Positions 47,296 to 63,782 of a DNA stretch of 64,000 nt are shown here, piece after piece (position 1 is the stretch's first letter; each line of letters opens with the position of its first letter). The position numbers were made by a program, and so were the translations under genes. This DNA comes from Macrostomum lignano. Lineage: Eukaryota. The notes under the pieces are model-generated. The model made no database searches. It saw only the letters and a list, made by a program, of their open reading frames with translations, and was not told the DNA's origin. The DNA is taken from NCBI GenBank assembly GCA_002269645.1, contig NIVC01002817.1, positions 62,001-126,000 of the forward strand, read 5' to 3'.

Positions 47296-48084
47296 CCGCA
47301 AAGCCTATCCAACCCTCTTACTTCTCCTGTTTTAATTTAAATAATTTTTTAATTGATTATTTACGTCATTTTAGTAGGAAATCTGCAAGGGACAAAAACA
47401 GTCACTTATGGAAACTAATTTCGACAAAACAGTTGAACTAGTGAGGGGGCGGCGCCACATTCTCCGGCAATGAAATCGAAATGAACAATGGCAGAAGAAG
47501 AGAACAGAGAGCAGTGGGCGGAGTGAGTCTTTCCCAAAGGCAGCTCAACAGCCATTCGCTCCTCTCGAAGCACTTGAGTCTCGGGTGTTGATTCAGTGCT
47601 GGCACTGTGTGTTTCTGCTCCTAGGATCAATATTTGCATGTTTGACACGAGCCGCGCATGCAGAGCGGCAGCTCGTCTCTCTTATCCTTCTGCCGCAAGC
47701 TATGCTAAGGTAGACACGGAAACAACACACGGAGGTGAGAAGAGGATTTCTTAAAGGGCTTTCCCTCACCCCCAGAAAACTTGCTCTCACTTCTGAGACC
47801 GCAGCCGCCCTGTGAGACTCAGCCAGGAGTGCCGGAGTGGTGGGAGTGCGCGGCTGCGGCAGAGTGCACCCTGCCTGATCAATATTTGCACCGGGGATGG
47901 CAGCTTAAAGCAACAGCCAGCTGGGGAGCTTCTGGGCCTCGTCTGGACTCCCCACATGGGACGGTCGCTCATCAATAACCGATTAATTGTTAGCAATGGC
48001 ACCCTTGCGGCTCTGCTCTGATGCGATGTGTGATGGGGCTTCCGTAGGCTGCAGTGCGTGAGATTTCTGATGAACTTTTGGATC

Positions 48085-48740
48085 AACTTTCTATAGATCT
48101 GATGCTATAGATATTGTACCGATAGATCCGTTGTGTCTATAGATCTAATACCGATAGATCCTCTTTGTCTATAGATCTAGTACCGACAGATCTAGTGTGT
48201 CTATAGATCTAATACCGATAGATCCGGTGTGTATATAGATCTAGTACCGATAGATCCAGTGTGTCTATAGATCTAGTACCGATAGATCTAGTGTGTCTAT
48301 AGATCTAATACCGATAGATCCAGTGTGTCTATAGATCTAGTACCGATAGATCCAGTGTGTCTATAGATCTACTACCGAAAGATCCGGTGTGTCTATAGAT
48401 CTAGTACCGATAGATCTAGTGTGTCTATAGATCTAATACCGATAGATCCGGTGTGTCTATAGATCTAATACCGATAGATCCGGTGTGTCTATGGATCTAG
48501 TACCGATAGATCCAGTGTGTCTATAGATCTAGTGCCGATAGATCCGGTGTGTATATAGATCTAGTGCCGATAGATCCGGTGTGTATATAGATCTAGTACC
48601 GATAGATCCGGTGTGTATATAGATCTAGTACCGTTAGTGTCGATTGTGTCGATAGATCTAGTGCCGATAGCAATCCATCGACTATAAGCTGGGTGCTTAT
48701 AGATTTAGTGATTATAGATCTATTGTGCCTATAGATCTGC
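48085..48740. repeat. 32-bp palindrome-rich minisatellite
   Basis: Unit ATAGATCTAGTACCGATAGATCCGGTGTGTCT. Confidence 0.95.
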
Positions 48741-49329
48741 ATTCAAAGTACAGCAAATATTTTGATTAATTTTCTGCATCTCCAGACTTTCTAAATTCAC
48801 TCTTGCTTAAAGCGAATGCAGCCCGAGAGCTCCAGGCATTGAATTCTGAGCAGCCTCACCCATCATCCCATCGCCATCCCCTTTTTGTTGCCATGGAAAC
48901 CAGACGGAATCATTTCAATCTTCGCTCGACGTTAGAGAGAGTTGCCTTCGCAGATGACATCGAAGCTGAAGCGGGAGGGGGTTGGGGCTGCCTTGTTTGC
49001 GGCCGCAAATCCCCTCTTAAGATCCCATCGGCTCGGATTGAAAGTGAAACGCTGCCGGTTTTCCCCTGACATTGGCTTGGGGATTAAAATCCCCTCCCGA
49101 ATCTTTTATCCCAGAGATTTCAAAACTTGTATTCGTGCGTATCAGCGAGATTGGTTTGATGAGCACGAGTTTTACCTGCCTGCGTCTCTCTGATTGCCCC
49201 GCTGCGAAATTGACATGACGGAAAACTTGGGGGGGAGGCGCACATGACCTGGATTGGGCTCGACTCGGTGAGGATTTTATTCCCAATGAGGTGAACGCCT
49301 GTTGCTGATGGAGCGACACTATTTTAGCT

Positions 49330-51360
49330 GAGAAGACACTGAGACAGGCACTGAGACACTGAGACAGACAATGAGACAGACACAGAGACAGACACAGAGA
49401 CAGACACTGAGACAGACACTGAGACAGACACTAAAACAGACACTAAGACAGACACTAAGACAGACACTGAGACAGACACTAAGACAGACACTGAGACAGA
49501 CACTGAGACAGACACTGAGACAGACACTGAGACAGACACTGAGACAGAAACTGAGACAGACACTGAGACAGACACAGAGACAGACACTGAGACAGACACT
49601 GAGACAGACACAGAGACAGACACTGAGACAGACACTGAGACAGACACTGAGACAGAAACTGAGACAGACACTGAGACAGACACTAAAACAGACACTAAGA
49701 CAGACACTGAGACAGACACTGAGACACTGAGACAGACAATGAGACAGACACTGAGACAGACACTGAGACAGACACTGAGACAGACACTAAGACAGACACT
49801 GAGACAGACACTAAGACAGACACTGAGACAGACACTAAAACAGACACTAAGACAGACACTAAGACAGACACTGAGACAGACACTGAGACAGACACTAAGA
49901 CAGACACTGAGACAGACACTAAAACAGACACTAAGACAGACACTGAGACAGACACAGAGACAGACACTGAGACAGACACTAAGACAGACACTGAGACAGA
50001 CACTAAAACAGACACTAAGACAGACACTAAGACAGACACTGAGACAGACACAGAGACAGACACTGAGACAGACACTGAGACAGACACTAAGACAGACACT
50101 GAGACAGACACTGAGACACTGAGACAGACAATGAGACAGACACTGAGACAGACACTGAGACAGACACTGAGACAGACACTAAGACAGACACTGAGACAGA
50201 CACTAAGACAGACACAGAGACAGACACTAAAACAGACACTAAGACAGACACTAAGACAGACACTGAGACAGACACTGAGACAGACACTGAGACAGACACT
50301 GAGACAGACACTGAGACAGAAACTGAGACAGACACAGAGACAGACACAGAGACAGACACTGAGACAGACACTGAGACAGACACTAAGACAGACACTGAGA
50401 CAGACACTAAGACAGACACTGAGACAGACACTAAAACAGACACTAAGACAGACACTGAGACAGACACTGAGACACTGAGACAGACAATGAGACAGACACT
50501 GAGACAGACACTGAGACAGACACTGAGACAGACACTGAGACAGACACTAAGACAGACACTGAGACAGACACTAAGACAGACACTGAGACAGACACTAAAA
50601 CAGACACTAAGACAGACACTGAGACAGACACTGAGACACTGAGACAGACAATGAGACAGACACTGAGACAGACACTGAGACAGACACTGAGACAAACACT
50701 AAGACAGACACTGAGACAGACACTGAGACAGACACTGAGACAGAAACTGAGACAGACACAGAGACAGACACTGAGACAGACACTGAGACAGACACTGAGA
50801 CAGACACTAAGACAGACACTGAGACAGACACTAAGACAGACACTGAGACAGACACTGAGACAGACACTAAGACAGACACTGAGACAGACACTGAGACAGA
50901 CACTAAGACAGACACTGAGACAGACACTGAGACAGACACTAAGACAGACACTGAGACAGACACTAAGACAGACACTGAGACAGACACTAAGACAGACACT
51001 GAGACAGACACTAAAACAGACACTAAGACAGACACTAAGACAGACACTGAGACAGACACTGAGACAGACACTGAGACAGACACTGAGACACTGAGACAGA
51101 CACTGAGACAGACACTGAGACAGACACTAAGACAGACACTGAGACAGACACTAAGACAGACACTGAGACAGACACTAAGACAGACACTGAGACAGACACT
51201 AAACAGACACTGAGACAGACACTAAGACAGACACTGAGACAGACACTGAGACAGACACTGAGACAGACACTGAGACAGACACTGAGACAGACTGAGACAG
51301 ACACTGAGACAGACACAGAGACAGACACAGAGACAGACACTGAGACAGACACTGAGACAG
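49330..51360. repeat. 12-bp minisatellite with punctuated higher-order structure
   Basis: Unit GAGACAGACACT / AAGACAGACACT. Confidence 0.97.
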
Positions 51361-52037
51361 TCGCAGCCCCGGCAGAAGACGCTGTGAGCTGACAGTCACT
51401 GAGTCCCCCAGTATACTTGGCCAGCCATGCGTGCAGCAGACCACAATGGCTGCCGCTCGCCTTTCATTCAAAGCTCAACAACAAAAGCCCAGACAAAAAC
51501 ATCAGACACTTGACTCAACGCGAGCTCTCAGTTCTCATCACGGCTGTCGGGGGATTAGCGACACACCGAACCCGCCCCGGATTCCGCCAGCGGTTGCGCA
51601 AACCGCCCGACACCAGATGGTGCGCCGGCTAGCGCTCACCGCGGGGCGTCGCTCGCAGAGTTGATGATGACGCTGAGTGCGGGAGGCTGGGCTGAGCTGA
51701 GCTGAGTTCATCGTTTCGCTCAAAGTGGCGCACAAGATGAGCCGCCCGGAGCCCCGAGGCGGCGGCGGCGGACTCGTCCCGGCCATCAGCTTCCGCTCTG
51801 ATGCGCTCGGAAGCCCCGCGCTGTGACGCCTCCTCGCCTAACATCGTCGCGAAGCCACTTGTGGGCTACTCGGCGAGGGCCAATTATGCCCGGCTTTGGA
51901 TGGGCGAATGGAGGGCGACAGGGGGTCAGCGCTGGAGAGGGGACAGATGGCAGCTGCAATGCCGAATATTATATCGAGTAGGGCGGGATGCTAACTTGGT
52001 GTGACAGAGACTCGGAAATGCTCGGTGTAATTGATAA

Positions 52038-52620
<583 letters not shown>

Positions 52621-55600
52621 GACGCAGCAGGTGCACGAATCTGCTCTCAAAGAGATGGCAAATCATTTGAAAATAGATATCCGAGTCACGAATGATTGAA
52701 ACGGCTTAATTATGAAATGCAGGTTTTCAAAATCAGTGAATTGGAAAAGCGGAAATGCGGACACACCCAGTCTGCTTGTCTGCTTGTGGATTAAAACAAA
52801 ATTGATGTCATTTTAAACAAAAAATTTGCCGTCAAAAATTGCTGTTTTGTATTCCTTTATTCTGGGCGTTGTCCCCGGGTTGCCTATCTCCCATTGTTTA
52901 GTCTCCCCTCTCAGCGCTGTGTCCGGATTTCAGCTCGACCAGAAAATGCAGAATCTGTTGACCAACTCGCCGCCCCGGCTGCTCGACATCAATTAAATGA
53001 TTTTACGAGCGAATCTGCATGCACGGGGTGACCCCGCAAAAAAGTAGCCATTTAACTGTAAACTGTGGCCGTCATAAAATGTCTGGGGGGGGGGTTGCAG
53101 CCATAAACATGACCGGCCGCTTAATGAGGATGTTGAATGGGAGGCTGGGCAGCGGATTTCCTGTAATTTTCAGGGGAAAAAATCCCCAATAAAATAGTCA
53201 TTCAAGAGTCTGAGCTGTCCAGGTGTGAAAATAAGAAACTGCAACAGCCCCAGTTCGCTCCATCAATCAGTGGCTGCTGCACGGGGTCGGTCATGATGGA
53301 TGAGGACCAGAAAGACCAGAAGCAAAAACGTGGCGCGCAAATGAAGAAACAAGGCGACCCACAAGGCGGGTCGATGGACACCGGAGTGACAGCTCGTCTT
53401 TGTGCGCGAACCTCTCGCGGTTTCAAATATCTATCGATACTCCACTGGGTTTGCAACAAAAAAGTAACGAGATAACAGACTGGGGGGGGGGGCGGAATAT
53501 TGAAACCCGCGACCTGCTTGGCAACTGAAACCAGGGAGACACCAAAATCTGAGCCCAGAGTTTGATGATGAAGACAACAAGAAATTGAAAGGAACAAAAT
53601 CACCGCCCCACCCCACAGGTGGTCTCACGATTTCAATCATCACTGATTCAACCGCCACTTCCGTGAGGAGGCGGTGCGCTTCCATCCGAATTTGCGGGGA
53701 GCAAAGCGGAACCGGCTATCCCGCCATTATTGGCGATGGCATCACTCCAGCTTCCATCATCTGCACCTCTTTCCAGACGTCCAAGTCCTCATTAGCAACG
53801 CTTTGAACCTCCCGCTGGGGGAGGATGGCTGGCCTGACCCCTGCCTTGGACCAGCGGTCCTCTGTCAATCTTCGGGCAGCTGCCCCGGCTACAGGTAGCC
53901 GTATTCGACGTTACCTGGCGATTGCTTTCATGATGGACCAACGTAGCGTGATCTGCAGTTATTGTGATCACGGCAGATGTGTGTTTGATGTTTGAGTTTG
54001 AATGCATATCCTTTAGTGTGCGACCTCGGGTTCAGCTTGCCGCAGCTCCCTTACAAATTCTTAGCTTCTCTTTGACTGTCTGTCTGCTTATTTTAATCCT
54101 CTTGTGCCACTCAACACTCCATAAACTGTCCATTAACAACACGATGGGCGGTTCTCATCAGCTTTCGGGTTGGGTGAAGCTGGCAGAATTCAGCGAATTG
54201 AGCCGACCACGGTCAATATTTATGCTTCTGGCTTCGCTCTGGCTGTGCAAATCGGTTTATTGGCGACGACTTCTCTATAAAATGCGAAATGGGGGGGGGC
54301 GTCCGTCTTTAGCGACCTTTCTTCGGCACGTTGCTGCCCCTAGAGGCGAGCGGTTTCGTCAACAGCGGAGCCATAAGAGATAAACTTCAGAAAGTTTGCA
54401 GGCATCCATATAATAGAGAATTGGCGGGCAGGCGCTTCTGTGGTACTTTGGCCAAAGGCTGGTTTTTTCAAACTGCCTTGATGTCAAAAAAGCAGCCAGA
54501 ACTGACGCAAACTTTGCACGGCGCTTTTCTTCCATCTTAATGGTCAGCAGCACGCGTCCTTCGCAAATAGTGCTGTCCCTTCCCTGACAGTCACTCTTGT
54601 TGTGTGCTTTCCATGTCAACCAAGCGCGCGGTAAAATGCATCTTGCAGCCGCGAATTCACCTTAAATAACTGCCGGGGGTTCCATGCAGCGCTGCGTAAA
54701 TCCCTGCAGAGTGCGGGCCGGCCACTCCGATCGGAGCCTTCTTAACAGCAACATACCAGCGAATTCTTGAAGGCTCAGTCAGCGATTTACCCGCCCGAGA
54801 TTGTATCCAAACCCGAGCCTAAATATCAAATCATTGCCCCGGAGATTTGCACAAATATATTGCGCAGGTGGAAGCTCGAGGCAGGGACAAAGGATTAAGC
54901 CTGGTACCTTTACCTGTACCTGCTTTGCTACCTTGCCCCCCTATCTGCCTTTTCTAGCTGCGCAGATAACTAAAGCTGGCATAGAAATTCAATTTCGGCT
55001 CAGCAGATCTGGCTGAGCTCCAATGAAACAGAAATTTTTTCTGCACACACTGAGGGCACTTTCGGTCCGGCCCTGGCCTGGAGGACGCGCTGTGCGAAAA
55101 ACTCTTCTGCTATCAGTGGCATCAACTGTTGCAGACTCACTCGCTACCCCCTCCTCTTGTTTGTCCATCATCTCTCATCTGTCATATCCCCTCTCTTTTC
55201 TCCTCTCTCCTTTCTCTTTTCTCACATCTCCCCTCTCTCTCTTCTCCCTTCTCCTCTCTCCCTTCTCTCACCACTCATCTCCCCTCTCTCCCCTCTGAGA
55301 ATATAAAATCCCCAAAATTCAGATCCCATCTCAGCTCGACCTCTCCATCCTCAACAAGCAATCCTCAATGAATTTGCAATCATTCAATGGCATCGCAGGC
55401 ACTTAATTCCCTGATTGCTCTCAGATCCCTTTAACTCCCCCTGTTTCTCTGAAAAAATACCCCAAAATGCTGACTAATTTCCCACCCAGATAGTCATTTT
55501 TTAATCTCCGATTGCGAGGCGAAATGCCGGAGCCCAGACAAAGGGAGCAGACGATGCACGATTTTTTGCTTAATAACAAAATCAGAGCTCCCGGTGAGCA

Positions 55601-55944
55601 CAAACACAGCGAACCGATCCCCTCCTGAGATCTCTGCTCCCATAAGCTGTCGACAATAACGGCTCCCAAGGCTAAGTAGGACGGGATCTCCTCCCCATTG
55701 TGCCTTGCTGTGAGGAGAAATATGCGGGCCCTGCTCTTTGCCCCCAAACGATTGCCATTCACTCCCAGATGGGTTTGGCTTTTGTGAAGAAGCTTTTATC
55801 AACGAAATGAGAGCGATTTCTGTCAGTGCCATGTCTGCCTGCCACGGATGGGCTGCTCAGAATCCCCAGCATTAGCTGTATGATTATCCCCATTTTCAGG
55901 TGGGAATTGGATGGGAGCGGCGCTGCAAAAGAGGGAAGCTGGCG

Positions 55945-56370
55945 AAGAAGGGTGAGATGTAGGGAGACAGAGGGTAGAGAGGAAGATGAAGGGAGACGGA
56001 GGTTGTAGAGAGGGAGATGTAGGGAGACAGAGGGTAGAGAGGAAGATGAATGGAGACGGAGGGTGGTAGAGAGGAAGATGTAGGGATAGACTGGGTAAGA
56101 TGGAGGTGAAGGGAGTCAGTAGGTAGAGAAGGAGATGAAAGGAGACAGACAGTAGGTAGAGAGGGAGATGCAGGGAGATATTACGTTGAGGGGGAGATGA
56201 AGGGAGACAGTAGGAATAGACGGAGATGAAAGGAGACAGTAGGTTGAGGGGGAAGATGAAGGGAGACAGAGGATAGAGAGGGAGATGAAGGGAGGCAGAG
56301 AAGAGGGTGAGAAGTAGGGAGGCAGAGAAGAGGGTGAGATGTAGGGAGGCAGAGAAGAGGGTGAGATGAG
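55945..56370. repeat. Degenerate purine-rich repeat
   Basis: GAGATGAAGGGAGACAGAGGGTAGA-type units; a short CT-rich tract also lies at about 55165-55295. Confidence 0.85.
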
Positions 56371-56984
56371 GGGAGCTCTCAGGTCCCTGGCGCTGGCCCA
56401 GGCCTCACTCGAGCTGCCTCTGAAGCCATCGAGTCTCCTATTGGCTGTCAGCGCCAGCCGCGGCCAGCCAATGGGAGCTCGGCTGCTTCACCCCCTGTGT
56501 TTAGAGAGGCTTTCATTTCTATGCGAGAGAATTTCTTGCCGCTGCAAAAGCAGAAGAGCTCTGGTCTGTGCGGTCTTCGTGTAGCAAGAAGAGGCTTCCA
56601 AGACCGAACAATGCCGAGCAACAGAAATTGACCAGTTACCAATTTGCGACAAAATCCCGCAATTCCCAACTTTGACTCGCCCAACCAGATTCCCGCCCGG
56701 AGACTGGCAGCCGTTCGTCATCAGTCTGTCGCCATCAAAAACTGCCCACCGATCCGAGGCTTGAGAGCGATGAGTCGAGGTTGAGATCGAGTTGAAATTT
56801 GCTTCAAATATTTTGTTTTCGAAGGAATTTCTGATTTCAAGGTGAGTCAAGCAGTTTGTTAAAATTGATTTGTTGAAGTTTTTTAGTTTTCTATTCGAGT
56901 AATTTTGAGTTCGAGAGCTTTAAGGGCCTCTTGTTGGGGTTTTAAAGTGCAAGTGCCATTTTGGAATTTCAATTTTCAATTTTG

Positions 56985-57635
56985 TTTGGGATTTCAAGTG
57001 CCATTTAGGGGATTTCAAGTGCCATTTAGGGGATTTCAAGTGCCATTTTGGGGAGTTCAATGCCATTTTGGGGATTTCAAGTGCCATTTAGGGGATTTCA
57101 AGTGCCATTTAGGGGATTTCAAGTGCCATTTTGGGAATTCAAGTGCCATTTAGGGGAATTCAAGTGCCATTTTGGGGAATTCAAGTGCCATTTAGGGGAA
57201 TTCAAGTGCCATTTAGGGGAATTCAAGTGCCATTTAGGGGAATTCAAGTGCCATTTTGGGGAATTCAAGTGCCATTTAGGGGAATTCAAGTGCCATTTTG
57301 GGGAATTCAAGTGCCATTTAGGGGAATTCAAGTGCCATTTAGGGGAATTCAAGTGCCATTTAGGGGAATTCAAGTGCCATTTAGGGGAATTCAAGTGCCA
57401 TTTAGGGGAATTCAAGTGCCATTTAGGGGAATTCAAGTGCCATTTTTGGGAATTCAAGTGCCATTTAGGGGAATTCAAGTGCCATTTAGGGGAATTCAAG
57501 TGCCATTTAGGGGAATTCAAGTGCCATTTAGGGGAATTCAAGTGCCATTTTGGGGAATTCAAGTGCCATTTAGGGGAATTCAAGTGCCATTTAGGGGAAT
57601 TCTAGTGCCATTTTTGGGAATTCTAGTGCCATTTT
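56985..57635. repeat. 21-bp minisatellite
   Basis: Unit AATTCAAGTGCCATTTAGGGG, about 30 copies. Confidence 0.97.
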
Positions 57636-58281
57636 TACCTTCTGATACCATTTGCTTATGATTGAGCCTCCCAACCCATAATCTCCCCAGTTGCCCGCGT
57701 CAATCACATGTTGAATCGCCCTATCAGCCGCACCTGTCTCGCTGCCAATTGGCTCAGGTAGGAGGGATTCTTCCCAATCTGAAAAAAGGCAGACAACAAG
57801 CAGCGCAGATTTATTTCAACATTTCGACTGTCAATTTATCTGTGTTCTGCGGAGTTATGCAACAAATAATTCCGGCTGCCAGTTTTCAGAAGGGGATTTG
57901 GGATCAGACTGGAGGCCAGGTGGTGTGGGGTGATAAATAACCCCAGGGCTCTGTCTGCCTGCCGTCTTGGTTGGTACAAAGACTCAAATTTATCACTGGC
58001 GGCTTGAATCTGCTGTTAGCTGCGGTTGAGGAAGAATTTCTTTATCTGTCTGGTGGGGCTGGGGAAGTCAACTTTGATCCTCTTTAGGGAATCCCATTGC
58101 TTTTATCTGATGACTTCCGAGCGGGGCAACTGATAGAGCGGGGCTGGGGGCCTGGGGGACCTCGGAGAGTCAAGGAAAATATAAATTAGCATTACAATAA
58201 CTCCAGACAGATTGGTCCGGCTTCGAGGGGCTCCTGTGAGTGGCATTTGGAGTGACGAATTCGAGAGAAACGTGACCAATA

Positions 58282-58803
<522 letters not shown>

Positions 58804-61598
58804 GAAACGAAAGACAGCCAACATGCAAAGCATTCAGCTTGAGCTCATTTGCCCATTGAAATTGAGCTCGTGTGTTTTACAACCACCGCACGCTGGGAGC
58901 TCCTGAGAACTCGTGGGGTTGTTTTTGAATGAACTCAGTTGAGCTGCAGTGGCGCGTATGGCGCTGTTTTGCTTGGAACCCCCAAAATTTTTTTCTTAGC
59001 CCTCGAGAGGCCACACAGGGACTCCCGCAACCCCCTGTCGCAACGACCGCGGGGGTCCCCCACCTCGTCTCGGTTCTGAAACAAAGACTCTGCATGAACT
59101 AAGACTATATTATTATTATTAGAAAAAATGTGTACAGCACAGAGCACAGAATTAATAACCCAGAAAAATGCCAGACTGAACTCAAATCGGTGTGTTTTTT
59201 TACAGATTCAGAAATTGATTGAGCAGAAGCCTGGCTTGCCAGGTTCTTTCAGTCCATGAGAAATACGAAGGTTGGAGTGATGAGGGAGTATGAGCAGAGT
59301 TTCAGAGAAGCTGCACCAGAGCACAGCGGCCTGTGTTCTCGGCGCTTCCCAATTCCCAAATCAGATCTGAGTTGTACAGATTTATCTTGCCACAATCATT
59401 CGCATTTCCGGCCCCATAGCGCAGCCTCGGTGGGAGCTCGCGGGCTTTCGTCGGGCATTGGTTGGAATTGGGAATTAAAATTCACAGATGAGGCGGGGGG
59501 GCGGGGCTGCTCTGCGATTGCACAGGCAGAAGAAGCCGTTAATTTTCCTTCTAGAAGAGAGACAGGCAGTCGAGACGGGGGATGCTGCAAACCAGATGAC
59601 CCTCGGTGTTAAATTTTCAAGCGGCTCCTCCCGTCTCGAGCGCGCCAGCCCCAACGCCGGTAAAGTGCAGGAAATTCGGAAGGAATCGATATGCCAGTGC
59701 TCGAACAAAAACCCGCTCTCGTTCCCTGAGGAGGGCCGCTGAGGAGACTGGATGATGGAGCCGCCCGACAATCCAGGAAATGCCGGTTAACCAATTGAAG
59801 TGCTTTGCCTCTTCAGGCCCCGGTTTGAATCCCTGATGGAAAAGCAGCGTTCCCCGCTTTGCTTGCTTCTTCGATTGCATTGAATTTTTCTTTAAGCACG
59901 ATAGAAATAGCAAAGCAGTGCAGAGAGCAGAAGTGTGTTGGACACGGCTCTCTTCTCTTGTAGCAAAAGATTATTTTAGTTTCAAACTTTCCGCTTTCAG
60001 CTTCCCCCACCAACCTCAGTTTTTTCTGGGGATCATCGGGCGTTCCCAGTTGCCCCAGTTAGGAAACAAAAATCTCCCAAAAAATCTTTAACGGGAATCA
60101 AATGTTGCTACAGACGGTAATTGGCTTTGGTTGCCATGGGGGCCCCACCTGTCGTGGGCTTGAAGAGCTGTCCCAAATTTAGAGAAAGATGAATCCGAAT
60201 AAACGAATTGTCTCTAAATATAACAAACCAGTCTGAAAATAGAAAAGAATTTTGGTTTCAAATTTCGGATTTCTGGCGGTGTTCCTTGGTGTCACTAAAA
60301 GTACACTCTAGGGTCCCGAGTTCGAGCTCCTCGAAAGTCGATCAGGCAGCTGTGGGACCCTGGGGGACGCCTCATCAATTTTATCAAGTCGTCGCTGGAG
60401 CCCCCGAGCGGAGCGAAAAGTCACGGCCGGAGAAGCAGAGGCCGAGGTCGGGGATCAGGGTGCCGGGGATCTGCTGAGATCTCTATTAATTAGCTTTGCC
60501 TGCCGCTGTAATCACTTCGCCACACGCTGTGTGTAAAAAATGGAGCCATGGGCAAATTCTTGGAGGGATTTTTGAGGAAGCGGAGCGCGGGATCGAGATG
60601 GGATGGGAAGCGAAGATGGCGAGAAGGAGCTTTGGGGGAAAAGTCCCTTGGCTGTCAGGGTGCTGGGGATGGGAGGAGCTGCAGCTTTGGTTTTCGCTTC
60701 CAAAGGAGCTGATGCGGCTCCACAGTCTCCCTCAGCTCTCTGCCAGATGAGGAGATGGGAGAATATTAGAGGAGAACACGCACTGACGGGGCTGAGAGAC
60801 AATGAGGCTACGCTAATTCTCGCTTCACTTAATTGCTACGGGAGAGGCGGGGGGGGATGGCCGCAATGGGGAAGACAATTCAATTCAATGGGGAGAAAAA
60901 TGAAGCAGTCCACGCAAGTCCCAAGTCAGTTTTTAGTTTGTTGCATCAGCAGCAGCCCCCCAGTTAGCCATGCAGGGAAAGTGACGGGTGGCTTCGATAA
61001 AGACAAGATAGAAATAATAATACAGACAGGGCCAGCAATTGCATTATGCAAAGCAATTTGGGACCTGCGTAGCCATAGGCCGCAAATTGGGGGCTGATTT
61101 CTGTCTGTTGCTGTCTCAACCCAGTTCTCGCGAAGTTGTCGCTCCTGTGTTGCCCCGTGGGTAGCTGGGGACCGGCTGACTCAGCCTCTGTACCTCATCA
61201 CCCCCCGTGGGACCGCTGACCATTTCCCAGTGAGCTGGACTCAGTCGGTTGAAAATCCCAGCTCGAGGATTTGCAGTCTTTTTTTCTATCGAGGCTCCGA
61301 GATTTGTGGCGACTGGCGGACGAGACTGAGCAGGGGGACCACAGGGCATGTGAAAGCCCATGCAGGCGGACCTTTTCATTATCGATTCTTAATACACACC
61401 AATAATTCATTTCTTTGAACTTTCCTGTCGCATAAATAGTCAACTCGCGCGTCAGTTGTGAAGAATTTACTAAACTTTAAAACTTAGATTGTGGAATTCG
61501 GTTTTGCTGTTTTGAAATTAGCGAGGATTTTGTGGACCTCGATTTTAGTCACTTATCACTTCGACGTTTTCTGTTTCCTTGAGATAGGGGCGCCAAGC

Positions 61599-63045
<1,447 letters not shown>

Positions 63046-63697
63046 CGCTAAGTACTTTCTTTACCCCTCTCTGAATCCCCTGGAAGCCAGCAGAGGTCGA
63101 TATCCGCACCCAAACTTCAGACCCACGCCAGGATTTCCGCTTGAGCTGAGCAGTGCAGAGTCGAACCCCGGCTTCTCCCCATCCCAGCTCAATAATCCCA
63201 GGGCGCTCGGAGCGTCACCAGCGCTGCGGAACTTCTGGTTCAAGAAATTCCTCTCTACTTCTCCGCTCTGGGAGTTGATAGAAAAGAAAAGTTTGCAGGC
63301 TGACAGAGAGGGGTCGGGTGGAGCACAATGCAACAAGGACAAAAGTCGCTAAACTCCCCCACCCTGTGCCGGCACTCAGCTTGAGAAACTGAGAGAGAGA
63401 GAAGAGAAGAGAAAGAAAGCAACGAGGGCACGGAGAGCCACGGCTTTCCTTTGTTGCCTGGAAAACGGACAAAAAGACTTCCTGCTTTGGTGACTCCAGT
63501 GAGCCACAGGTGCTTTTCTGCTTTCGGGCTGCTAAACCCTTAAAGTATTTTTGGATGCTGAGAGGCCTTGGAGCCGGCTTTGTAGCAGCGACTTCGATGA
63601 GCTCTGAACCCCCTCCCCTGAATCTAAATGATTCCTAGGGCCTTTTCCATTGATTCTTGCGACCGCCACTCTGAGTCACGACTTTGCCACTCTGCGT

Positions 63698-63782
63698 CAG
63701 ATTCTATCTGACACAGATTCTATCTGACACAGATGTTATTTGACACAGAGTCCATCTGATACAGATTCTATCTGATACAGAT
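63698..63782. repeat. Short 16-bp tandem repeat
   Basis: CAGATTCTATCTGACA, about 5 degenerate copies. Confidence 0.8.
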
